This document shows, in pieces, positions 38,647 to 49,806 of a DNA stretch of 64,000 nt. The notes under the pieces were generated by a model that was not told the DNA's origin, did not search any database, and was given only the letters and a program-made list of their open reading frames with translations. The translations under genes were made by a program, and so were the position numbers. Source of the DNA: Octopus sinensis (taxonomy: Eukaryota); NCBI RefSeq assembly GCF_006345805.1, contig NC_042997.1, positions 45,880,001-45,944,000 of the forward strand, given 5' to 3'. Each line of letters starts with the position of its first letter. Position 1 is the stretch's first letter.

Positions 38647-38665
38647 TCAACAACAATAATAATAA
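38558..38665. repeat. (TAA)n array
   Basis: Direct observation. Confidence 0.95.
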
Positions 38666-39066
38666 TGTTTGAAATCAAATATAAGAACTGCTTAGAGTAT
38701 TATCACTAATGAAGTAATCTAGGTATAAGTATATTGAAAATAGCTACTTTATACATTCAATGAGTGGACGCCGTGTTTTAAGTAAATCGCATGTGTTTGT
38801 AATTATATCTACGTGTTTTGTGTGTGCCTGTGTGTGTAATTGTATGTAGTTTGTCTTAATATAGTGGGTGAATTTAAACAAAGTGAATTATGTAAGTGCT
38901 TTAATTCAATTTTTTTCTAGAAAATTGAAGTTAATTGCTGGAAAATTTAAGCGTATATGTACCAATGATTATTAAATTTCCTGAAGTTAGATACTTATAT
39001 GCATACTTTAAATGTCTCTTTCAGTGTAAACGTATATATATATATATATTATATATATATATATAT

Positions 39067-39104
<38 letters not shown>

Positions 39105-39233
39105 TATATACGTGTGTGTGTGTGTGTGTGTATAAATCATAAATGTAATAGTTTATTTACTTATGTAGAATTTTTAGAAGTTGTAATGGTTTCATAAGAG
39201 AGTATGAATATATACTCGATATAATAAATTGTA

Positions 39234-39450
39234 CTAGGGGGTGCTGAAAAGTTTCTGGCTTTAAGAGTATCCCGAAAGGCCCGGTTGGAGAACCAACATT
39301 CCAATTTCTTTTACAGAACTTAGAAAAACTGAAGGACCGCTGCAATAATTGTGTGCATCTGAGAGAGGAATATGTTGAACAAAATCATAATTAACTAATG
39401 TTCTTTTATTTTCTTTTACCCAAAGCAAGGAACTTTTCAGCATCCCCTAG
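39234..39450. mobile_element. Mariner-derived MITE (217 bp)
   Basis: TA|CTAGGGGGTGCTGAAAAGTTTC ... GGAACTTTTCAGCATCCCCTAG|TA; internal EKLKDRCNNCVHLREEYVE resembles a mariner C-terminus. Confidence 0.85.
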
Positions 39451-39555
39451 TATTCATATATTTCCTTCTAATATAAGGATAAAATTTTATTAAAAATTTC
39501 TATCGGTGGCAAGCATATGAAAAAGTTCTTTTAAGGTTAAAATTATACAATTATA

Positions 39556-39926
39556 CAGTTATAAATAAGGGCAAAAAGAAAAAAAACTTCTTTGCCAATT
39601 TGACGAAAAATAGACGATAAATCGCCTAACCACATAAAATATTTTCACTTGCCGAAACGAGGAAAGCAAGTTAAAAGAAAATTACAAAGATATAATTATC
39701 CCCGAACCGGTTCCGAGTTCTTGATTAATCCAAAAAGGATTTTTCCTTCACAAAATGAAAATAAATGAAATACTTAGACATACTCACAGAAAAGCAGATG
39801 CAAAGTCATGAATACATTTAAGTACCCTAAATAATTATAATAAAAGTGAAAATATTTTATGTGGTTAGAAGATTTTTCAGCATATTGAGAAAGAAATGTT
39901 TTTCTTTTTGCCCTTATTTATAATTG
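39556..39926. mobile_element. MITE with ~100-bp imperfect TIRs and TA flanks
   Basis: TA|CAGTTATAAATAAGGGCAAAAAG...CTAACCACATAAAATATTTTCAC versus the reverse complement ending GCCCTTATTTATAATTG|TA. Confidence 0.8.
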
Positions 39927-39935
39927 TATATTTAC

Positions 39936-39945
39936 ATATACATAC

Positions 39946-40033
<88 letters not shown>
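39936..40033. repeat. (TACA)n-(TA)n
   Basis: Direct observation. Confidence 0.95.
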
Positions 40034-40036
<3 letters not shown>

Positions 40037-40189
40037 GCACCTAAATGTGGCTAACCTCAAGGGTCAATGCTACTGTAGCTTGTAGCCCCAGGAAGACAAT
40101 GATGTTCCCGGATTGGATCAACATTTTCGAAATCTGTCATATGCATGAATACCTATGCCTATCACATCATGCTATGAACAAACCATTCA

Positions 40190-41480
40190 ATCACCAGCAC
40201 TAAAGTCTAACACTTTTCAACCATTTTTCAGTTAATATGTTTACTAAGATGCTGTCAGAGAATGTGCTGCATTGAACTGATAAAAAAACCGGATAAACTT
40301 GAGAGCAGTCCTTAGAAGACAAGGAACAATTTGATCAGCTTTCCATTCTTCTTTCAAGTTTTACTGGTAGTGCTCAATACATGCGCATATTTACACGAAG
40401 CACTAGGATACATATTCATTGTTTCGATCGCTTAAAACTCTGTTTTACTTTTACGGACATTTTTAAACGGAAAGAAGTTCAAGAAAAGATCTTTCCAACG
40501 CAGGCTTACTTTCTTAGATACGATGTCAAATCCACCGTTTTTCGCCTTAAAACTGAGCAACATGATGGGATTTGATTACTTAGTGCCACGTTTTTGAACG
40601 TGTCAGGTGTCATATGTATCCTACAAATGGCAAAAATGAGGCTTGCCGATCTTGACCTGGTTAACAATTACGATTCAAATTAATTGCCTCATATCAGAAG
40701 AGAATCCAGGCTCTGGCGGGGACAAAAGACTTTTCAATATTGTTAAAATCTAGGCGGTTTATGATCCCTATCGTGTCTCGAATAGGAATCCATGTTGCGA
40801 GGGAGACAACAAATACACCATAGAGTTTCCAAAGCCATTTGATAAAACGACGTAAACAGAAATGTTTTGACTCTCTTTGCTATTGAAGAACATCGCTAGT
40901 GAAAAGAGATTTCCTAAATAAGAATGCTATCGACCGTAGATGAATAGTTTTGTACAGACAGCTCTTGACCAAATAATTTAATGCACACATTTATGTTGGG
41001 TTCTGCAATCCGATGAAGCTGTCAAATATGTGTGCAAGCATATCAACAAGGTTTCTGAGTTTACACAACAGCGATGGAATTACTGCCATCAGTGAAAGCA
41101 CATCAACAGGATTTAGGCTTTCTGGACCTTTTATTTATCTTGACACCTTTCACGAAATATATTCTAGTATTCAGAAACTGTCCATGTGGAAAATAAGTAA
41201 ATGCTGCAAAGAAAGTACCCAACCGAAGGAGTGCGACGCTTACGACCGTTATCAACAAAGTAGAGAAAGCTCGACATTGGAATTGGATGAATGTATATTG
41301 TACACCCAGTCAATACGATGACATGTGTGTATGATTTCTTACCCATGAAATGTCAGGTTCAATTTTACTTTAACTTCTATGAACAATCAACGGCAAAATA
41401 TTCACCACCTACTAGGAAGAATGTATTAGAAATGGATTAAATCCAGAATGATGCTTGTTGATATGGATACCGCTAAATGT
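40190..41480 (+). pseudogene. Highly degraded Helitron Rep-domain fragment
   Basis: Frame-jumping motifs VNMFTKM, ILLSSFTGSAQYM, IEFPKPF, AHIYVGFC/KAVKYVCKHINK, IG*MYIVHP. Confidence 0.7.
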
Positions 41481-41631
41481 TTGCAAAGAAAGAGAACAGA
41501 ATGATAAGTTGTTCTAACAAAATGCGCTTGAGGAACACCCTATGTCAGTTAATGAAAAAGATATGCTCCTTTTGTATTACTTTCAAGACCACCCTTGTTT
41601 TGCTCTGTACAAACAGGGCACTACAGCGTAG

Positions 41632-41913
41632 GTTAAAAGATCCCTTTCGGTCATGAATGACCATGGGATTGCGCCTAGAATGTTCTCCTCCGACGAACAA
41701 ATCCGGGCAAGGTTGTTTATGGAAGACCAGTAGTTGCCCATGCATACCAGTCTCCCCTCTCCGATGTTATCCAAAGGTAAGGCAAAAGCCGACACAACTG
41801 AGTGAACTAGAGCAACGCGAAAGAAAGCATCTTGTTCAAGAACATTATTCACAGCCCGGTCCAGAAATCGAACTCACTACTTCATGATTGTGAGCTCAAC
41901 GCTCTAAACACTG
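41632..41913 (-). mobile_element. SINE family 3 copy
   Basis: Homologous to 29092-29387, including ATGCATGGGCAACT...GGTCTTCCATAAACAACCTTGCCC. Confidence 0.75.
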
Positions 41914-42879
41914 AGCAATACATCTTCACTACTTTAAGAAATAACAGGTCTAATATTTGTTACAAGGCCAGAAATTTTGAGGCCAGGCAGGAAGTGGATA
42001 CCATTGATCCTAATACTTATTAGTATCATACCTTGGTATCATATCATATCCTGGTAGTGTGTCAACTGAGATCTCTCTTCACAGGCAGCTGATATCAAAA
42101 TAAAGTATTAAACATATTGTATGCAAATTAATAACACCAGTCCCTTGTAGTTATTGAATTTGTTGTGTATACAAAAAGATTGTGTGTATGTGTGTATGTA
42201 GCTATGTGATAGCACAACCTAAAATTTTAGGTTGTACAATCGCTGGCATAGCACTTCAAAATCATATCCACCCTATTGGCATGATCCAATAACAAGACAA
42301 GACAAGGCAAGCTATCTAAAGCCAATATGGGTTTCAGTCTCAGGAATGTGGGAACGCCATTATCTCAAGTGCAAGCAAAAGATACCCAAAATATTCACTG
42401 CCATTCTCTGCATATCTGGTTTTATATCAGAGTGACCTTCTCCTAGTGCCATGCTTTAACAAAAACCGAGGGGTGCTTCACCAGTTGTCTTCTAGTACAC
42501 TGGATACCAGCTTGGAATTTCTGAGGGTCCGTGCTATAGCTAGATAATCGTTGAACCTACAAGAGGTCCATCCATTCTTTTGACAGATCTTGGTTTTAAT
42601 CCTGCTAGGTTTCTTGCATCCTTCCTAATTAGGAAGGCTTAGTGGGTGTGCCGGTTTAGTCGCCGTCGACCCGACCGTGCGACAGGTTGTACTGGATTCT
42701 GTGCTGCCAGTAGCACGCAAGAGAGATCTTACAATTGGTTGAACGCTATCTGAATATTTATATGAAAGTTGTGGAGATAGACGTGCATGACTAGGAGGCA
42801 TAGATGGAAAACCGTGTGTGATAGAGAAAGATTGTTAAAAATGGATATGATGTCTATGATCAAAAGTAAGTGATATACT

Positions 42880-43240
42880 CTGCTCTGAAATGATCATTGC
42901 AATGCTTGCAAAAGTTCAACTGAAACTGTGGTACATTGGGTGTGGACGGTTTCTTTTGTCAAGAAATGGACCAGTCATTCACTTCAATTCACATGAACTA
43001 GGTACAAATCAAGCAGGATGCGAGATGATTCCCCCCCCCCCGCCACATTGGTTCATTTGTAATGAGTGTGGGTTAATTTGTAAGTCAGTTGACCAGACAT
43101 GGTAAAAATACGTGCAGTGTCAAGTCAGCCGGTGATGCTAGGAAAGAGACGGTTCAAGTGTTATTATCTGTGAAGGTGCTGGCGGAACGGAAGCTAGGCT
43201 TATGGCCGTGCAAGTTGAAATGAAGGGCTGGCAATCTTCT
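42880..43240 (+). pseudogene. Possible RTE-clade LINE 3' end with degenerate zinc-finger motifs
   Basis: CGRFLLSRNGPVIHFNSH and FICNECGLICKS. Confidence 0.35.
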
Positions 43241-43449
43241 AACAAGAACACACGCGCATATTCAAACACACACAAATACACACACACACACACACGCGCA
43301 CAACAAATACACCTACATGTGTATATACACAAATACAAATGCGTATGTATAAGGATATACGCGTATACATATATATCCATACATACATACATAAATAAAT
43401 ACGTACATATACATATACGCACATACATATAATTATTTATACATTTACA

Positions 43450-43498
<49 letters not shown>

Positions 43499-43994
43499 TA
43501 CGGAGACATATACACAAGATTATGTATTTACGCATATATACATACACATGCACGTACACACACACACGCTCACACACACACATGTTGTCAGACGCACACG
43601 CCAAAGCATAGAACTCCTATAAAATTAATTTTTCATTCTTCACAAAACCGCATATATTACAAACAGTTTTTTGTCACAAGGGACTTTAAACTGACGTATG
43701 TATTGTGTTTCGGTCATAACAAAGGAAAAGAAAAAAAGCTGAAAGTAACTTTTCATTGCGTGAGAAATTTGACGCCTGCAACACAGGTGCCCAGTATATG
43801 TTTTGATGATTCTTGCGGAGACAATAGAAGTGTTTTATTCTTTCGACTTGCAACGTCTTTTATATCTAAAACAAAATTAAAAAAAAATGTAGTAATAAAT
43901 CTTGGAAGAAGTATGCAAGTTTTGCTTCCATAATTGCCGTAAAGTACATCCAAACATTAAGCTTTTTGGAAATCTAGCAGCAGCCGCAGCATTA

Positions 43995-45760
43995 GCGGTG
44001 GCAGCAGAAGCAGCTCGCCGGGAGGGATGCATTCACCTTCCAGTAACCGGGTCCTGTCTTCTAAGCCTATGTAGGTCCAGTTTGAAAAGTGAACAACTTA
44101 TGGTATCTTTATCCACTGGTCTACAGTATACCCTGCTTGGTTACGACCTGGATGACCCGATGCGCTTCGTTCAAATTCACACTGACACATTCAGGAAATC
44201 TGGTCGGTACCTGTAAGGCAGCGGAAAATGTCTGAGCAGGTTTGCGAGGCTTTTACCACCTCCTCTTTTATCAGCTAGTCCACTCAGTCCAAATGTGTCT
44301 CTAAGGCGGCGTTCCAATCACCCAGAGTAAAGGTCGTGGCATTCCTAGGAAAAATCTCCAAACGTCTGAAAAAATCGGGCTGTCCAGTTCTAGTCGGAGC
44401 ATAAACGGCAAAAAGTCTAAGGACACACCCGTCACTAGTGTTCACATCCAAAATAATCAACTTACTTTCTCGAGATCTAGGCCCTTCCGGAACAACACCG
44501 CAGTTCCACATCCCATTCCTGCTTGACATGGAGATAAATAGATCTCGTATCCACCGAAAATGGGCATGAACGCTTGCCTGTCGGAGAGTCTGATTTCACT
44601 GATGGCCATCACATCGACACTTAGTGACCTGAGATTGTTGAGTAGATAACCCTGATGCTAAGGCGAGCCCAGGCCACGCGCATTTACACTGTCTAGCTGG
44701 GCCATGTTAGATCAAGGTACAGAAGCGGGAAAGGGCTACTTACTGTAATTTTGTTGGTGAGGTGGAGATGGTTGTTCATTCCCTGTGGTCACTTGTGGAG
44801 GTTTTCACGAGCGGTTCGTGGCATAGTCTTTTGTTTATACTTCTCCTAAAAGCTCTGCTCTTTCAGGAGTTTTTCATTTTTTTATCGTGTTGCATGTTTT
44901 CTTTTTGTGGCGTTAGGATGATTTTTATGTGGGACAGTGTGTTGTTTGTTGGTGTGATGAAATCAGTGTTTGTAATGTCTGTATGGTTGTATATCTCTTT
45001 ACTCTTTTACTCTTTTACTTGTTTCAGTCATTTGACTGCGGCCATGCTGGAGCACCGCCTTTAATCGAGCAACTCAAACCCGGGACTTATTCATTGTAAG
45101 CCCAGTACTTATTCTATCGGTCTCTTTTGCCGAACCGCTAAGTAACGGGGACATAAACACACCAGCATCGGTTGTCAAGCAATGTTGGGGGGACAAACAC
45201 AGACACACAAACACACACATTTATATATATACATACATATATACGACGGGCTTCTTTCAGTTTCCATCTACCAAATCAACTCACAAGGCTTTGGTCGGCC
45301 CGAGGCTATAGTAGAAGACACTTGCCCAAGGTGCCACGCAGTGGGACTGAACCCGCAACCATGTGGTTGGTAAACAAGCTACTTACCACACAGCCACTCC
45401 TGCGCCTATGTGTACCATTAGCTCATTATTGTTTGTGTTTATCACTGTGTAATTGATGATGGTGTGTTGCTGGTGTTGGGACGTGAGAGCTGCGAGTTGC
45501 ATATGCGAACCGGGTTGTGTTTGTGGTGGTGATGTTACTAATGGAAACGCTGTTGTTGCCGGTGTTGGTGTGGTTGCTTTCGTTTTGAAATGTGTCTCAT
45601 TACTCACTTCATACCTGCCAGATTCTGGTGTTTTAGTTGGTGTTCTTTTGCTTCTTATTGTTTTTGACCTAGCGTCTTGTTGCCATTTAGGCGCTTCCTC
45701 CTCCCCCTCCACGACTAAATCAACATCACAATAACAGGGTACAAGTCCCTCCCTGTTACT
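43995..45760 (-). mobile_element. L1/Tx1-clade LINE copy 3: ORF1 tail plus endonuclease N-terminus, 3'-truncated, interrupted by a SINE
   Basis: ORF2 ATG at 44705 (MAQLDSVNARGLGSP*HQGYLLN...AISEIRL), LRLFAVYAP...FFRRLE, GDWNA; homologous to 19544 and 23155. Confidence 0.8.
44996..45407 (-). mobile_element. SINE family 1 copy, inserted in Tx1 copy 3
   Basis: Colinear with 3907-4315. Confidence 0.9.
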
Positions 45761-46094
45761 TGAAATAAATCTCCTTTCACTGCAAAATTTCTTTCGAATG
45801 CGGAGTATAATGGATTCCTGCAGCAGTTTCAAATAAATTTATGGTATTGTAACAACAAGAAATGATCCTATGAAATACAATAAACACAATCCACACCACA
45901 TTACAAATTAGGATAATTCCATGTGGCGTCTTACTGCAGGTTGTAGTTTCTCACTTGGTCAGTAGCAACAGTTTTGGCAATTGATTGAACCGAACACTTT
46001 CAAATGTAATAGCATCGCTCCCAGAAATCTTGTTTGAAAATGCTTTGACTTTTGCGCATTTCACCAGACACTACGTACAAATACAGTTCTCTAT

Positions 46095-46285
46095 ATAAGA
46101 GATGAGGAATTATGTACATTAATTACATTATTTGCATTTTTCATCTTGTTTGTTGTTAACACAACGTTTCGGCTGATATACCCTCCAGCCTTCATCAAGT
46201 GTCTTGGAGGAAATTTCGAACCTGGGTTCTCATTCCTAAGGTATTTTTCGATGTTGTTGTCGTTGTTTTTATTATTATTATTTTT
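46095..46285 (-). mobile_element. (AAT)n + hammerhead module (family A), adjoining PLE 3' end
   Basis: AATACCTTAGGAATGAGAACCCAGG...AAGACAC-TTGATGA-AGGCTG...CAGCC-GAAACGTTGTGTT; core C3 mutated to T. Confidence 0.8.
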
Positions 46286-47744
46286 CCATACATACAACTA
46301 TACCCGATTTATCAATATCTGCTCGTGTCACAGCTTTGCAATGTCCTCTACCCTAATTTTGAGGGGACGGCATGCTTCGCCTTTGTATAAACCACCACAG
46401 CTGCATGGGATGGACTACACGCAGTTTTTGGTCATATTCTCTTCCATTGGTGGTTTTACCCGAAGGAAATATTTGCGAAGTGTTGAATTACTCTTGAATA
46501 CTGTCATGATGTCATATGGGCCGCATATCTTTTGTATCTTTTCGGAGAGGCCTTTCACAGAGAGTAGACAACTGTGGACAGTTTATTAGTTTTAACCTCT
46601 CTTTTCTTCATAATTGGAGTGAATAGTATGGATGGTGGAAATTGAAGGTAAGGTATCGTCCAGCGAAGGTCAGCTTGCGTATACGAATGTCCTGAATCCA
46701 TACTTGGTGCATGTTATGAATACGTCCAGGAATGCTAGGTGATTGTATTTTTTCCTTTGCCTTGTGAACTGTATGGATGGCGTTATTGAGTTCACATGAT
46801 CTAACAGCATTTGGATATCTTCCTAGTGGGGCCAGAGCATAAAGATTTTATCGACATATCGCAGCCATAGGTTTGGTTTTAGTGGTGTTGATCCTAAAGC
46901 CAAATTCTCAATGTATTCCATATACATATTGGCTATTATCGGTGATAATGGTGAACCCATAGCTAAACCCTCTTCTTGTCGATATATATAAGAGTCCGTA
47001 CTAAAGTAGGTAGTTTCTACCCAGAAGGTTAACATTTCCATCATGTTTTTTATTGGTATACTAATGCGTTCTTTTAGATGGGTGTCTGTCAGTAGTTTTT
47101 CTTGAATTACCGATAGTGCTTCACCAGTTGGGACTTTGGTGAACAGACTTATCACATCTAGACTCACCATCTGGTTGGATTCAATGGGGGTATCCTTGAT
47201 TAATTTTGAGGAGTGGGTGGAGTTCTTCACGTACGATGTTGACTTTCCTGTTAATGGACTGATTATATATCCACAAGGAAGCGGCTCAGTGGATGACATG
47301 CTGAGCCTCTACAGTTCAATATAGGTCTTAATGGAATACCATCCTTGTGAATCTTAGGGAGACTCTACATGTGTGGTAGTTTACTGTAGTGTTCAGTCAG
47401 TTGTCTGTACTTCGTTGGTGTAAAGTGATTCTTGTTCTTGAATAACTTCCTCTCTATTTTCAGAGTTAGATCTTTCTTTATTTAGCTGTAGCTACCATCA
47501 CTTATAAGACTTGCCAATTTTTCCGAGTAGTCAGACTTGTTCATCATCACTGTAGAATTTCCTTTGTCCGTTGGAAGTATTATGATGGAATTGTCACTCT
47601 GTAGTCTTTTAATAGCGAACTTTTCTTCCGTAGTGATGTTTGGTTTGGGAAGTTTCGCTTTTTCCAGTACCTGTCTCACTTTCCACCTTAGTTCATCTCC
47701 CTGAGAGTTTGGTATCTTTATGGCTATGTCTTCAATAGGAGTTA

Positions 47745-49035
47745 CGAGGGAGTTCAATAAGTAATGCCTCTGACCCACTTGCCTTTGTTTGATCTAGCTG
47801 AAATTTTGCATGTGCAATTATTGATATCTCTATAGATTAAGTGGCAAATTACAGCTCCGAACTAATTGTGGTTTCTGATTTACAGGTGTTTGAAATGAGT
47901 CAAGTGGGAAATGGAGCATGTTGAGTGTCGAGCAGTGATCCGGTTTTTGTATTTGAAATGACGCACACCACAGGAGACTTTTAATGAAATGAAAGTAACT
48001 TATGGTGATGATGCCCCATCATATGACCTTGTAAAACGCTGGCATCGTGAATTCAAACATGGTCGGAACTCTGTGGAAACAGCTCCCAGATCTGGTCGCA
48101 CCCCTTCTGCCGTTGATGAGACGTCTGTCCGTCAAGTTGAGGCTGCCATTTTGGAAGGTCAACGCATAACTATTCGCCAAATAACCCATAAGGTCAAGAT
48201 TAGTACTGGGACTGTGGAAACTATCATTCATGACCATTTGCATATGCAAAAGGTGTCTGCCAGATGAATTTCCAGGTTGCTCACACTTTTCCAGAAGCAA
48301 GAACGCAAGAATTCCAGAAGCAAGAATTTAGGGATGTGCCAAGAAGATGAATCAAAATTTTTCAAAAGACTGATTACACAGGATAAGACCTGGGTCCATC
48401 ACTATGATCCAGAGACCAAAGCCCAGTCAATGCAGTGGAAGCACCATGACTCACCTCCTCCAAAGAAGGCAAGGGTGCAGCCCTCCGCTGGCAAGGTCAT
48501 GCTCACAGTCTTCTGGGACCAGGACGGAGTAGTGATGACAGATTTCCTGGCAAAGGGTACCACAATTACAGGAGACTATCATGTTTCACTTTTGAGGAAA
48601 TTAAGAGAAGCTATCGAAACCAAGAGGCGGGGCAAGATCAGCAAAGGCATCCTCCTTCTGCAGGACAACGCTCCGGTCCACAACTCGCTTGTCGCCAGAT
48701 CAGAAGCACAGGCGTATGGCTATGAACTCCTCCCCCATCCCCCTACTTTCCTGACCTTGCACCCTCTGATTTTCACCTCTTCCCAGCCATAAAGTTGCTT
48801 TTGAAAGGAAAGCGTTTCCCAGATGATGCAGCCTTGATTTCTGAAGTCACGTCGTGGTTGAAGGACCAAGCTGGGGTCTTCTACGAAAACGGTCTCCAGA
48901 ACTGCATCAAACGATGGGAGAAATGCGTACCTCTGGGTTGTTCCTATGTAGAAAAAGACTAATACCTGTGCCAAGTTTCGTTGCTCTACTGCTATGGGAA
49001 GTGGGTCAGGGGCATTACTTATTGAACGCCCCTCG
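47745..49035 (+). mobile_element. Full-length mariner (1291 bp), TA TSD
   Basis: TIR TA|CGAGGG(A/GC)GTTCAATAAGTAATGCC(T/C)CTGACCCACTT at both ends. Confidence 0.93.
47911..48962 (+). pseudogene. Mariner DDD transposase with at least 2 premature stops and a frameshift
   Basis: MEHVECRAVIRFL, APRSGRTP, ITQDKTWVHHYDPETK, KVMLTVFWD, LLQDNAPVH, HPP(Y)xPDLAPSDFHLF. Confidence 0.92.
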
Positions 49036-49350
49036 TATTATGTCCAAGTATGGAATGCACTTGATGGTTGTCGCAAAGTTGAGACCTTTGTTTAGTACTG
49101 CTTCTTCAGAGCTTTCTAGATGTCGGCTACTTATTAATTACTGATTTCACAGGTGGGTGATGGACTTTAGTCTTCATTTTGTGACCTATGAGTTTCATAA
49201 ACTTCTTAATCTGGCCTGTCTTCACTGTTTCAAATTCTCTCCTGCACGACTTTTCTATATCTTGTTGGATTCTGTTTCTATCATCATCTCTGGTTATTTT
49301 CCTAAGCAATGAAGATAACCTCTATTTACTTAGTTGGTGTTCTTTCCAAC

Positions 49351-49422
49351 GGGCATATGGCGTAGTGGTTAAGAGCGCGAGCTACTAACCCCAAGATTCC
49401 GAGTTCGATTCCAGGGAGTGAA

Positions 49423-49471
<49 letters not shown>

Positions 49472-49497
49472 CTGATAATAATAATAATGATGATGAT

Positions 49498-49532
<35 letters not shown>

Positions 49533-49734
49533 TAATAATAATAATAATAATAATGATAATAATAATAATAACAATGATAATAACATTGAAGATACCTTAG
49601 GAATGAGAACCCAGGCTTGAAATTTCTGCAAGACACCTGATGAAGGCTGGAGGGTATGTCAGCCGAAACGTTGTGTTAAAAACAAACAAGATGAGCATAA
49701 ATATCCGTCAAATGTAAATAATGTAAATAATGTA
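49351..49734 (+). mobile_element. Composite SINE-like element: tRNA-like head + (AAT)n + hammerhead module + (AATGTAAAT)n tail
   Basis: A box TGGCGTAGTGG 49358-49368, B box GAGTTCGATTCC 49401-49412, AAT run ~49427-49583, hammerhead 49632-49677, tandem 9-bp tail. Confidence 0.75.
49632..49677 (+). ncRNA. Minimal type-I hammerhead ribozyme motif (family A), intact core
   Basis: GACAC-CTGATGA-A-GGCTG(gagggtatgt)CAGCC-GAAA-C-GTT-GTGTT; stems I and II pair; stem III reduced to palindromic AACGTT. Confidence 0.8.
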
Positions 49735-49806
49735 CTACGTAGAAAATTCAACTATTTATTTAAGTTTATCTTCACGCAGGATTGGACAGTAAGATAGATT
49801 CCTTAC

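Larger units (their letters stand above)
46290..49345 (-). mobile_element. Penelope-like (Poseidon-like) element, degraded, split by a mariner
   Basis: VLNKGLNFAT, ILPTDKGNSTV, MVSLDVISLFTKVP, QEEGLAMGSPLSP, WLRYVD, and GIY-YIG region NCVxSIPCSCGGLYKGE. Confidence 0.88.

Noticed and set aside
30718-38665. CRISPR-like alternation of repeats and unique segments
   Set aside because: Repeats are trinucleotide microsatellites and the spacers are kb-scale LINE fragments; eukaryotic context, no cas genes
49351-49426. Possible tRNA gene
   Set aside because: Has A and B boxes, but the acceptor stem does not pair, the T stem is mismatched, and no T-run terminator follows; treated as a SINE-type head
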